From positions 7,068,001-7,132,000 of the forward strand of contig CATNEN010000025.1 of the NCBI GenBank assembly GCA_950097015.1: 64,000 nt of DNA. The letters are read 5' to 3'. The stretch is from Macrostomum hystrix (lineage: Eukaryota; Animalia; Platyhelminthes). The notes below the pieces were generated by a model. It saw nothing but the letters and a program-made list of their open reading frames with translations, had not been told where the DNA came from and did no database searches. Position numbers and translations under genes: made by a program. Below are positions 21,342 through 33,600 of the stretch, in pieces (position 1 is the stretch's first letter; the number at the start of each line of letters is the position of its first letter).

Positions 21342-22785
21342 CTATAGTAGGCTGCAGCAACTCCTTCTGCCAGAGCAGCAGCAGCAGCAGCAGCAGCAGC
21401 AAATGCCACCTTTTGCGCGTCGATGGTCGCCTGAAATTTTGAGAATAAATAATAGAAAAAATGAACAAGAATGACGAATACATAGAAACAGGGGAGGTTA
21501 GGAGGCACCTGAAGGCAAGGGGGTTCCGCTTAACAGACACCTGAAGGCAAGGGGGTTCCGCTTAACAGACACCTGAAGGCAAGGGGGTTCCGCTTAACAG
21601 ACACCTGAAGGCAAGGGGTTCCGCTTAACAGACACCTGAAGGCAGGTAGGTTCAGCTTAGGAGACACCTGAAGGCAAGGGGGTTCCGCTTAACAGACACC
21701 TGAAGGCAGGTAGGTTCAGGTTAGGAGACACCTGAAGGCAGGTAGGTTCAGCTTAGGAGACACCTGAAGGCTGAATGTTTCAGGTTAGGAGACACCTGAA
21801 GGCAGGGAGGTTCAGTTTAGGAGACACCTGAAGGCAGGGAGGTTCAGTTTAGGAGACATCTGAAGGCAGGGAGGTTCAGTTTAGGAGACACCTGAAGGCA
21901 GGGATGGAGGCGAGGCCAAGCTCACCATCAGAGCGTGGCTCCGGGGCAGAGTCCCTGGCAACTAAATGCATAACGGTGGTGCCTCCGGGCGGCAGTCGAA
22001 GCGCGGCCAGAGTGACGCTCCGATGCAGAAAGCGACCCTGATAGATGAGGCGCAGGATGTTGGAGGCTGGGCGCTCGGCAGGAGACCAGTCTGACGCGAA
22101 TGGAGTTCGGATTTGAGTTACTTGATTAAGTAATTAATATTTCAAATTAATGAATCAATTCACCCTGTTAGAACCTATGACTTCAAGGACTGGGAATTAA
22201 GTCAATCAAAAATTCACCTGAGAAGGATTACTGAATTCTCGAAACAAAACTCCCAAACCTGATGTTTCCAGAAAGTACAAAATCCCTAAACATGATGATT
22301 CCAGGAAGTACAAAATCCCTAAACATGATGATTCCAGGAAGTACAAAATCCCTAAATCTGATGATTCCAGGAAGTACAAAATCCCTAAATCTGATGATTC
22401 CAGGAAGTACAAAATCCCTAAATCTGATGATTCCAGGAAGTTCAAAATCCCTAAATCTGATGATTCCAGGAAGTTCAAAATCCCTAAATCTGATGATTCC
22501 AGGAAGTACAAAATCCCTAAATCTGATTATTCCAGGAAGTAAAAATCCCTAAATCTGATGATTCCAGGAAGTACAAAATCCCTAAATCTGATGATTCCAG
22601 GAAGTACAAAATCCCTAAACCTGAGGATTCCAGAAATGTAAGTCACCTTCCGGCCAGTTGTTGTAGACGAAGTCGGTGATCTCCTGCGCGCAGTCGTCAG
22701 GACTAAACAGGAAGCAGTGGGAGCTTCCGCTAACCAATAGAAGACGCAGGTTAACCCGGTCTGCGGGCACCGTAGCGGCGGACAT
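21342..22785 (-). CDS. UBL3: Ubiquitin-like protein 3 (membrane-anchored ubiquitin-fold protein), 3 exons, 130 aa
   Basis: Exons 22785-22647, 22090-21926, 21430-21342 (phase 1,1). Protein: MSAATVPADRVNLRLLLVSGSSHCFLFSPDDCAQEITDFVYNNWPEDWSPAERPASNILRLIYQGRFLHRSVTLAALRLPPGGTTVMHLVARDSAPEPRSDGDHRRAKGGICCCCCCCCCSGRRSCCSLL*. Matches the UBL3 motifs (NLRLxLVSG, NILRLIYQGRFLH, TTVMHLVAR) and ends in a CaaX box. Confidence 0.93.
21500..21902. repeat. Minisatellite, 32-bp unit (ACACCTGAAGGCAAGGGGGTTCCGCTTAACAG), UBL3 intron 2
   Basis: Tandem copies with variants. Confidence 0.9.
22262..22635. repeat. Minisatellite, 33-bp unit (AAATCCCTAAATCTGATGATTCCAGGAAGTACA), UBL3 intron 1
   Basis: Tandem copies. 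Confidence 0.92.
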
Positions 22786-22981
22786 CTGGAGTCTGGTGCC
22801 TCGGTCGGTTTGTCGGGTGTCTCCGATTAAGCAAGGTGCAACTGACGAGAGACAGTTAGGTTACGGCTTCAACGGCTTGGAGTTCACATTGACGCCATTG
22901 TGCTAGTGTTGCAGATTTTTCACTTCAACAAGCTGCAATCGGGGAATTTTTTGCTTTTTTAATTGAAAAAGAACTTCACAC

Positions 22982-23928
22982 AGGGAAAGGAGGGCAGAGG
23001 GAAAGTAGGGCAGAGGGAAAGGAGGGTAGAGGGAAAGGAGGGCAGAGGGAAAGTAGGGTAGAGGGAAAGGAGGGTAGAGGGAAAGGAGGGCAGAGGGAAA
23101 GGAGGGCAGAGGGAAAGGAGGGCAGAGGGAAAGGAGGGCAGAGGGAAAGGAGGGCAGAGGGAAAGTAGGGTAGAGGGAAAGGAGGGTAGAGGGAAAGGAG
23201 GGCAGAGGGAAAGGAGGGCAGAGGGAAAGGAGGGCAGAGGGAAAGGAGGGCAGAGGGAAAGTAGGGCAGAGGGAAAGGAGGGCAGAGGGAATGGAGGGCA
23301 GAGGGAAAGTAGGGCAGAGGGAAAGGAGGGCAAAGGGAATGGAGGGCAGAGGAAAAGGAGGGCAGAGGGAAAGAAGGGCAGAGGGAAAGAAGGGCAGAGG
23401 GAAAGGAGGGCAGAGGGAAAGGAGGGCAGAGGGAAAGGAGGGCAGAGGGAAAGTAGGGCAGAGGGAATGGAGGGCAGAGGGAAAGGAGGGCAGAGAGAAA
23501 TGAGGGCAGAGGGAAAGTAGGGCAGAGGGAAAGGAGGGCAGAGGGAAAGGAGGGCAGAGGGAATGGAGGGCAGAGGAAAAGGAGGGCAGAGGGAAAGGAG
23601 GGCAGAGGGAATGGAGGGCAGAGGAAAAGGAGGGCAGAGGGAAAGGAGGGCAGAGGGAATGGAGGGCAGAGGGAAAAGAGGGCAGAGGGAAAGAAGGGCA
23701 GAGGGAAAGAAGGGCAGAGGGAAAGAAGGGCAGAGGGAAAGAAGGGCAGAGGGAAAGAAGGGCAGAGGGAAAGGAGGGCAGAGGGAATGGAGGGCAGAGG
23801 GAAAAGAGGGCAGAGGGAAAGAAGGGCAGAGGGAAAGGAGGGCAGAGGGAATGGAGGGCAGAGGGAAAGGAGGGCAGAGGGAAAGGAGGGCAGAGGGAAA
23901 GGAGGGCAGAGGGAAAGGAGGGCAGAGG
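22982..23928. repeat. Purine-rich minisatellite, 16-bp unit (AGAGGGAAAGGAGGGC)
   Basis: Tandem copies, almost purine-only on the plus strand. Confidence 0.95.
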
Positions 23929-24439
23929 GTAATGCAGTATATTCTATATATTTAAGCAACGCAAATTGTATACTAACCAGTGTGTTAGCATACAACCAAG
24001 ATCACATGTTATATTTGAACAGAAGCTGCGTATAGCGCAAGGTAAGTACATAAAAAGTCAATACTAATCTTGATTCTATTGGCAGTGAAACGATTGGCTA
24101 ACCTTAATGATGCTCAAAAAGACATCATGGAATAGAACTGAAAATAGCACCGATGGAGTTAATGTTTTCCTTTGTGGAGTTATTTGGCGAAAAACAAGCA
24201 GACGCTTGAAATTTAAAGCGCAATACACTGCAGTAAAACAGCGAAAATTGATCTTTTAATAGCCGGAAGACGAGGGCTCTAGAAATCTCACTTGAAGGTT
24301 AAAAAACCATGCTCAAGGGTTGCTACAAATAAAGGTACAATCCAATCAAAATTATTGACACTCAAAATAGTAAAATTTAACTTATAAGAAATCACCGACA
24401 GGCTAATGAAAATGCGAAATCCCATCCTATTCATATCTT

Positions 24440-25045
24440 TTAGAAATCCCCATTTAACTCGGGCTATTAGAAATCCCAAATCCCACTCTGGCAATTAGAA
24501 AACCCCAAATCCCACTCGGGCTATTAGAAATCCCCATTCAACTCGGGCTATTAGAAATCCCTAATCCCACTCTGGCAATTAGAAAACCCCAAATCCCACT
24601 CGGGCTATTAGAAATCCCTAATCCCACTCTGACAATTAGAAAACCCCAAATCCCACTCGGGCTATTAGAAATCCCTAATCCCACTCTGACAATTAGAAAA
24701 CCTCAAATCCCACTCGGGCTATTAGAAATCCCCAAATCCCACTCGGTCTATTGGAAATCCCATTCAACTCGGGCTATTAGAAATCCCCAATCGCACTCGG
24801 GCTATTAGAAATCCCAAGTCCCACTTTGGGCTATTAGAAATCCCAAGTCCCACTCGGGCTATTAGAAATCCCAAGTCCCACTTTGGGCTATTAGAAATCC
24901 CAAGTCCCACTCGGGCTATTAGAAATCCCCATTCAACTAGGGCTATTAGAAATCCCCGATACTACTCGTGTTATTAAAAATCCTAAAACCCACTCAGGCT
25001 ATTAGAAATCCCTAATCCCACTCTGGCAATTAGAAATCCCGACAT
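24440..25045. repeat. Minisatellite, ~28-bp unit (GGGCTATTAGAAATCCCAAGTCCCACTC)
   Basis: Tandem degenerate copies. Confidence 0.9.
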
Positions 25046-26002
25046 CCCAGTGCAGTTAGAATTCCCAAACTCCCTAAACTTATAGTTTCGTATGTGAACA
25101 TTTGAGCATTTAAAATCTCAAATCCCATATTAATAATTTTTAGTACCCATAGAAAACAAAAACCGCAGACGCTGTCGCTACTAAAATACGTTCTGATTAC
25201 AAACAATCAAAGCCAACTCAATAAATAAATTTTTATAGAAAATGAAAAGAATCTTCTCATTATTTGCCTGGGAGCACGAGAAAAAGCAGGCAAGAGACTG
25301 CTCAAAGCATCTGGAGTGAGCACACTTATTATAGAAGACGATTAACATGGTAATATTATAGAAAGCAGACAATAGCAATAATAATATCGCTAAGCTGTTT
25401 AAAAAGAGAACATTCTTTGATTTAAACAAAAGCAACTTTTGGCATCTTAACCAAAAAAACTTGAATAAAAAAAGATTTCGAAACAGGCAGACAAAAAATC
25501 GGGAATAATGAAAAGCACAACAAAAATCGTAAATTGCAAAAAACTGCAGGAAGCACCAGAGATTAAAAAAAAGACTGCAATCGTTTTATAATCCAATTAT
25601 AATAATTAAAGAAATTAAATTATAGCAGCAAAAAACTTATTCTAGTTTAGACTACTGCAAGTAGGATATATGCGAATTAAAATTTTATAATGGCTAATGG
25701 GAATTTAATTGATTCTGTCAGTGTGAGGAAGGCACAAAACTGAATTCTGTGTACAAAGCACACGTCTATTATAATACAGTAGTTTATATTGGATTTTCAA
25801 AACAAATTTATTGGCGAAAAACATTATTTTCGATTCTGACAAAACAATCAAATAAGCAGGTCAGCTGAAGATAAGAAGGTGATTGGACGAAGGCGAGATA
25901 AATCTCAGACCGTATATTTCCATTGGATTTTTTAAATATAATTTATACTGAGAAAAGTCCGTCTAATGCTAGACTGGAAATCTGGAATTTCCAGTCAATG
26001 AG

Positions 26003-27537
26003 AGGAAGAGGGAATGACCAGTCTATGGGAAGAGGGAATGGCCAGTCTATGGGAAGAGGGAATGGCCAGTCTATGGGAAGAGGGAATGGCCAGTCTATGG
26101 GAAGAGGGAATGGCCAGTCTGTGGGAAGAGGGAATGGCCAGTCTGTGGGAAGAGGGAATGGCCAGTCTATGGGAAGAGGGAATGGCCAGTCTGTGGGAAG
26201 AGGGAATGGCCAGTCTGTGGGAAGAGGGAATGGCCAGTCTATGGGAAGAGGGAATGGCCAGTCTGTGGGAAGAGGGAATGGCCAGTCTATGGGAAGAGGG
26301 AATGGCCAGTCTATGGGAAGAGGGAATGGCCAGTCTGTGGGAAGAGGGAATGGCCAGTCTGTGGGAAGAGGGAATGACCAGTCTATGGGAAGAGGGAATG
26401 GCCAGTCTGTGGGAAGAGGGAATGGCCAGTCTGTGGGAAGAGGGAATGACCAGTCTATGGGAAGAGGGAATGGCCAGTCTATGGGAAGAGGGAATGGCCA
26501 GTCTGTGGGAAGAGGGAATGGCCAGTCTGTGGGAAGAGGGAATGACCAGTCTATGGGAAGAGGGAATGGCCAGTCTGTGGGAAGAGGGAATGGCCAGTCT
26601 GTGGGAAGAGGGAATGACCAGTCTGTGGGAAGAGGGAATGGCCAGTCTGTGGGAAGAGGGAATGACCAGTCTATGGGAAGAGGGAATGGCCAGTCTGTGG
26701 GAAGAGGGAATGGCCAGTCTGTGGGAAGAGGGAATGACCAGTCTATGGGAAGAGGGAATGGCCAGTCTGTGGGAAGAGGGAATGGCCAGTCTGTGGGAAG
26801 AGGGAATGACCAGTCTGTGGGAAGAGGGAATGGCCAGTCTGTGGGAAGAGGGAATGACCAGTCTATGGGAAGAGGGAATGGCCAGTCTGTGGGAAGAGGG
26901 AATGGCCAGTCTGTGGGAAGAGGGAATGACCAGTCTATGGGAAGAGGGAATGGCCAGTCTGTGGGAAGAGGGAATGACCAGTCTATGGGAAGAGGGAATG
27001 GCCAGTCTGTGGGAAGAGGGAATGGCCAGTCTGTGGGAAGAGGGAATGACCAGTCTATGGGAAGAGGGAATGGCCAGTCTGTGGGAAGAGGGAATGGCCA
27101 GTCTGTGGGAAGAGGGAATGGCCAGTCTGTGGGAAGAGGGAATGGCCAGTCTGTGGGAAGAGGGAATGACCAGTCTATGGGAAGAGGGAATGGCCAGTCT
27201 GTGGGAAGAGGGAATGACCAGTCTGTGGGAAGAGGGAATGGCCAGTCTGTGGGAAGAGGGAATGGCCAGTCTGTGGGAAGAGGGAATGACCAGTCTATGG
27301 GAAGAGGGAATGGCCAGTCTGTGGGAAGAGGGAATGACCAGTCTATGGGAAGAGGGAATGGCCAGTCTGTGGGAAGAGGGAATGGCCAGTCTGTGGGAAG
27401 AGGGAATGGCCAGTCTGTGGGAAGAGGGAATGGCCAGTCTGTGGGAAGAGGGAATGGCCAGTCTGTGGGAAGAGGGAATGGCCAGTCTGTGGGAAGAGGG
27501 AATGGCCAGTCTGTGGGAAGAGGGAATGGCCAGTCTA
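26003..27537. repeat. Minisatellite, 24-bp unit (GGGAAGAGGGAATG[G/A]CCAGTCT[A/G]T), ~64 copies
   Basis: Highly homogeneous; only two A/G variable sites. Confidence 0.97.
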
Positions 27538-27644
27538 CAGATGAACTGATGTATCGGATGAGAAATGTCAGGCAAAATCTAGGACACAGGGATCATCTCA
27601 AATAAAAGTCCAGCTAATGAAACTCTTAGAATCGCCTTGAGGGT

Positions 27645-30600
27645 TTAGCACTGGGTCGCGCGGTCCAACTCATCCATAATTCTAGTCGCTTGGGTAAAGA
27701 ACGGCTTAAAATCTTGAACCCTGGAGATTAGCACGGTGTGTCCCAGGTAGCCGAACCCGCTGCTGCAGCTGTCGGCACCGCCAGAGGCACCGCCGGCGCC
27801 GCCTCCGTCGTGCATTGGCACCATTGTGAAGGCCCGGCAGCGCTTCTCGCCCCGATCTGAACGACCCAGTCGCCTGAAAACACCAAATATTTTATGATTG
27901 GCTTTGAGGATCCGGTATGCAGCTTCGGAACCTGGGGATCTATAATGTAGCTTTGGAACAAGGGGATCTACATTGAAGCTTTGGAATCTAGAAACATAGC
28001 ATCCCATAAACTAGGGATCTGGAAACATAGCATCCCATAAACTAGGGATCTAGAAACATAGCATCCCATAAACTAGGGATCTGGAAACATAGCATCCCAT
28101 AAACTAGGGATCTAGAAACATAGCATCCCATAAACTAGGGATCTAGAAACATAGCATCCCATAAACTAGGGATCTGGAAACATAGCATCCCATAAACTAG
28201 GGATCTAGAAACACAGCATCCCATAAACTAGGGATCTAGAAACACAGCATCCCATAAACTAGGGATCTGGAAACATAGCATCCCATAAACTAGGGATCTG
28301 GAAACATAGCATCCCATAAACTGGGGATCTGGAAACATAGCATCCCATAAACTAGGGATCTGGAAACATAGCATCCCATAAACTAGGGATCTAGAAACAC
28401 AGCATCCCATAAACTAGGGATCTGGAAACATAGCATCCCATAAACTAGGGATCTGGAAACATAGCATCCCATAAACTGGGGATCTGGAAACATAGCATCC
28501 CATAAACTAGGGATCTGGAAACATAGCATCCCATAAACTAGGGATCTAGAAACATAGCATCCCATAAACTAGGGATCTGGAAACATAGCATCCCATAAAC
28601 TAGGGATCTGGAAACATAGCATCCCATAAACTAGGGATCTAGAAACATAGCATCCCATAAACTGGGGATCTGGAAACATAGCATCCCATAAACTAGGGAT
28701 CTGGAAACATAGCATCCCATAAACTGGGGATCTAGAAACATAGCATCCCATAAACTAGGGATCTGGAAACATAGCATCCCATAAACTAGGGATCTAGAAA
28801 CATAGCATCCCATAAACTAGGGATCTGGAAACATAGCATCCCATAAACTAGGGATCTGGAAACACAGCATCCCATAAACTAGGGATCTGGAAACATAGCA
28901 TCCCATAAACTAGGGATCTAGAAACATAGCATCCCATAAACTAGGGATCTGGAAACATAGCATCCCATAAACTAGGGATCTAGAAACATAGCATCCCATA
29001 AACTAGGGATCTGGAAACATAGCATCCCATAAACTAGGGATCTAGAAACATAGCATCCCATAAACTAGGGATCTGGAAACACAGCATCCCATAAACTAGG
29101 GATCTGGAAACATAGCATCCCATAAACTAGGGATCTGGAAACATAGCATCCCATAAACTAGGGATCTGGAAACACAGCATCCCATAAACTAGGGATCTAG
29201 AAACACAGCATCCCATAAACTGGGGATCTAGAAACACAGCATCCCATAAACTGGGGATCTAGAAACACAGCATCCCATAAACTAGGGATCTAGAAACACA
29301 GCATCCCATAAACTAGGGATCTAGAAACATTGCATCCCATAAACTAGGGATCTAGAAACATAGCATCCCATAAACTAGGGATCTAGAAACATAGCATCCC
29401 ATAAACTAGGGATCTGGAAACATAGCATCCCATAAACTAGGGATCTAGAAACACAGCATCCCTAAAACTAGGGATCTAGAAACATAGCATCCCATAAACT
29501 AGGGATCTAGAAACACAGCATCCGATAAACTAGGGATCTAGAAACATAGCATCCCATAAACTAGGGATCTGGAAACACAGCATCCGATAAACTTGGGATC
29601 TAGAAACACAGCATCCCATAAACTAGGGATCTAGAAGCATAGCATCCCTAAAACTAGGGATCTATAAACACAGCATCCCATAAACTAGGGATCTGGAAAC
29701 ACAGCATCCCTGAAACTAGGGATCTAGAAACATTGCATCCCATAAACTAGGGATCTAGAAACATAGCATCCTATAAACTAGGGATATAGAAACACAGCAT
29801 CCCATAAACTAGGGATCTAGAAACATAGCATCCTATAAACTAGGGATATAGAAACACAGCATCCCATAAACTAGGGATCTAGAAACATAGCATCCCATAA
29901 ACTAGGGATCTAGAAACACAGCATCCTATAAACTATGGATCTAGAAACACAGCATCCTATAAACTATGGATCTAGAAACATAGCATCCCATAAACTAGGG
30001 ATCTAGAAACATAGCATCCCATAAACTAGGGATCTAGAAACACAGCATCCCATAAACTAGGGATCTAGAAACACAGCATCCCATAAACTAAACTGCTCAC
30101 CTGAGATCGGCTCCGTAGAACAGGTAGTGCTCGGCAAGGCGCAGTTTAGCAGGCGCGTGACTCTGTACAAGGCCTTCCAATTTAGACATTCCCGGCAGGC
30201 CGCCCAAGCGTCCAGTCGGCGCCAAGGTGAGCTCGGACAGCTGATCGTCAAGGCTGGCAATGCAGGCGCTTAATCTGGCGCCAGATTTAGGCGCACTGTG
30301 CTCGGCGCGCACGTTTGTGTAGAACCGGCGCTCAACCAGGATGCTGCGCTGGCCGTAGATGGCCGGCCAAGCCGAGGCGGGATAATTGCGCAGCCGAAAT
30401 CGCATCCTGGAGGCGTAGTAGGCCAGGCTGCCGGACTCGGATGACCAGCTCTGAGCACGGATGGAGATGGGTAGGAGTCTGGGGATGACCAGCTCTGAGC
30501 ACGGATGGAGATGGGTTGGAGTCTGGGGATGACCAGCTCTGAGCACGGATGGAGATGGGTTGGAGTCTGGGGATGACCAGCTCTGAGCACGGATGGAGAA

Positions 30601-33600
30601 GGGTAGGAGTCTGGGGATGACCAGATCTGAGCACGGATGGAGAAGGGTAGGAGTGTGGGGATGACAAGCTCTGAGCACGGATGGAGATGGGTAGGAGTCT
30701 GGGGTGACCAGCTCTGAGCACGGATGGAGATGGGTAGGAGTCTGGGGTGACCAGCTCTGAGCACGGATGGAGATAGGTAGGAGTCTGGGGTGACCAGCTC
30801 TGAGCACGGATGGAGATAGGTAGGAGTCTGGGGTGACCAGCTCTGAGCACGGATGGAGATGGGTAGGAGTCTGGGGTGACCAGCTCTGAGCACGGATGGA
30901 GATAGGTAGGAGTCTGGGGTGACCAGCTCTGAGCACGGATGGAGATGGGTTGGAGTCTGGGGATGACCAGCTCTGAGCACGGATGGAGATGGGTTGGAGT
31001 CTGGGGTGACCAGCTCTGAGCACGGATGGAGATGGGTTGGAGTCTGGGGATGACCAGCTCTGAGCACGGATGGAGATGGGTTGGAGTCTGGGGATGACCA
31101 GCTCTGAGCACGGATGGAGATGGGTTGGAGTCTGGGGATGACCAGCTCTGAGCACGGATGGAGATGGGTTGGAGTCTGGGGATGACCAGCTCTGAGCACG
31201 GATGGAGATGGGTTGGAGTCTGGGGATGACCAGCTCTGAGCACGGATGGAGATGGGTTGGAGTCTGGGGATGACCAGCTCTGAGCACGGATGGAGATGGG
31301 TTGGAGTCTGGGGATGACCAGCTCTGAGCACGGATGGAGCATGGCCAGAGCAAAGCCCTCTCTGCCGCGGAATCGAGCACAGGGACCTTTGTCGGACTCA
31401 TCCAAAATAGGTCAACATACCTGCCAGCGATTGAGAATGGGCTTAACCAGCTCCCTGGGATCAACCAAGCGCTCCATCTGGGTAACGTGCTCAACCCGGG
31501 CCAGCTCATCGGACTCAGCGGCCGCCGACTCGGCGTGGCCAGAATCGGTGTAGTCAGCAGAATGGCTGTCGCTGGCGCCGACCGACGAGGCCAAAGGCTC
31601 CATGGTCTCAAACAGACTGCAATTGTTCACCTGGAATCGAAGGAAAATTACCTTAATTGATGTCACAATGGCCTAATAGATGGAAAATATTGGCAGAGCA
31701 GAATTGCTCATTTCAATTATTGAATCCCTGAATGCTAGACTAGCAATCCATTTCAATTCTTGAATCCCTGAATGCTAGACTAGCAATCCATTTTCTATTC
31801 CTTAATCCCTAAATGCTAGACTAGCAATCCATTTCGATTCTTGAATCCCTGAAAACTAGACTAGCAATCCATTTTAGATTATTTAATCCCTGAAGGCTAG
31901 ACTAGCAATCCATTTTAGATTATTTAATCCCTGAAGGCTAGACTAGCAATCCATTTTAGATTATTTAATCCCTAAAGGCTAGACTAGCAATCCATTTCGA
32001 TTCTTTAATCCCTGAATGCTAGACTAGCAATCCATTTCGATTCTTTAATCCCTAAAGGCCACAATAGCAATCCATTTTCGATTCCCTAATCTCTGAATGC
32101 TAGACTAGCAATCCATTTCGATTCTTTAATCCCTAAAGGCCACAATAGCAATCCATTTTCGATTCTTTAATCCCTAAAGGCTAGACTAGCAATCCTTTTA
32201 GATTATTTAATCCCTGAATGCTAGACTAGCAATCCATTTCGATTCTTTAATACCTAAAGGCTAGACTAGCAATCCATTTTCGATCCCTTAATCCCTGAAT
32301 GCTAGACTAGCAATCCATTTCGATTCTTTAATCCCTAAAGGCCACAATAGCAATCCATTTTCGATTCTTTAATCCCTAAAGGCTAGACTAGCAATCCATT
32401 TTCGATCCCTTAATCCCTGAATGCTAGACTAGCAATCCATTTCGATTCTTTAATCCCTAAAGGCCACAATAGCAATCCATTTTCGATTCTTTAATCCCTA
32501 AAGGCTAGACTAGCAATCCTTTTAGATTATTTAATCCCTGAATGCTAGACTAGCAATCCTTTTAGATTATTTAATCCCTAAAGGCTAGACTAGCAATCCA
32601 CTTTCGATTCCTTAATCCCTAAAGGCCACAATAGCAATCCATTTTCGATCCCTTAATCCCTGAAGGCTAGACTAGCAATCCATTTTCGATCCCTTAATCC
32701 CTGAAGGCTAGACTAGCAATCCATTTTCGATCCCTTAATCCCTGAAGGCTAGACTAGCAATCCATTTTCGATCCCTTAATCCCTGAAGGCTAGACTAGCA
32801 ATCCATTTTCGATTCCTTAATCCCTAAAGGCCACAATAGCAATCTATTTTCGATTCCTTAATCCCTAAATGCTAGACTAGCAATCCATTTCGATTCTTTA
32901 ATCCCTGAAGGCTAGACTAGCAATCCATTTCGATTCTTTAATCCCTAAAGGCCACAATAGCAATCCATTTTCTATTCCTTAATCCCTGAATGCTAGACTA
33001 GCTATCTATATTCGAATCTTTATTACCCAAAGGCTCTCTAGCAGAGTCCAGCATTTCAGTGATCTCATCATGCGGGAAGTATTATAGTTAGCTTACCTGA
33101 AAGTCGCTGGTTGCCAAAGTATCGCAGACCAGACGGGCAATCTCGCCGGCGTCAGTGCCAGAGGAGACTCGCACATTCACGGAGCGATCCAGCTCTTCGC
33201 CGATGTAAACAGGCACAAGAATCTCAAGCAGTACCACTGGCGGCTGGTTAGACAGGTGACTGTGATTAATAATGCGCTTGGCCTGATTGTACATTGCTAG
33301 CTCGTGCTCAACATCTGAGTCAGTGATGGCCAAAATCTGCTGCCGATTAACAACCAGGGATTCGACTAGCTGAGTGATGGGCATCACCTGGAGTAGGGAT
33401 TAGGGCCGAATTGTGTGTGTATTAGTTAATACTTAGTTAATAATTAATAATGGCCTATTTAATAAAAAAGTAAAAATAATATATGCAGCACCGCTGAGGA
33501 CAATGTGACATCATTTGGTGACACTAGACCCGCAGCCAGCGAGGAGGCAATTCTGCCCATTTCGCTGACTCCTGAGCACACACGCACACAGATACTGTAC

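Noticed and set aside
27985-30090. CRISPR-like appearance of regularly spaced repeats
   Set aside because: Units are contiguous with no unique spacers, there are no cas genes, and the context is eukaryotic. The same holds for all arrays in the window.
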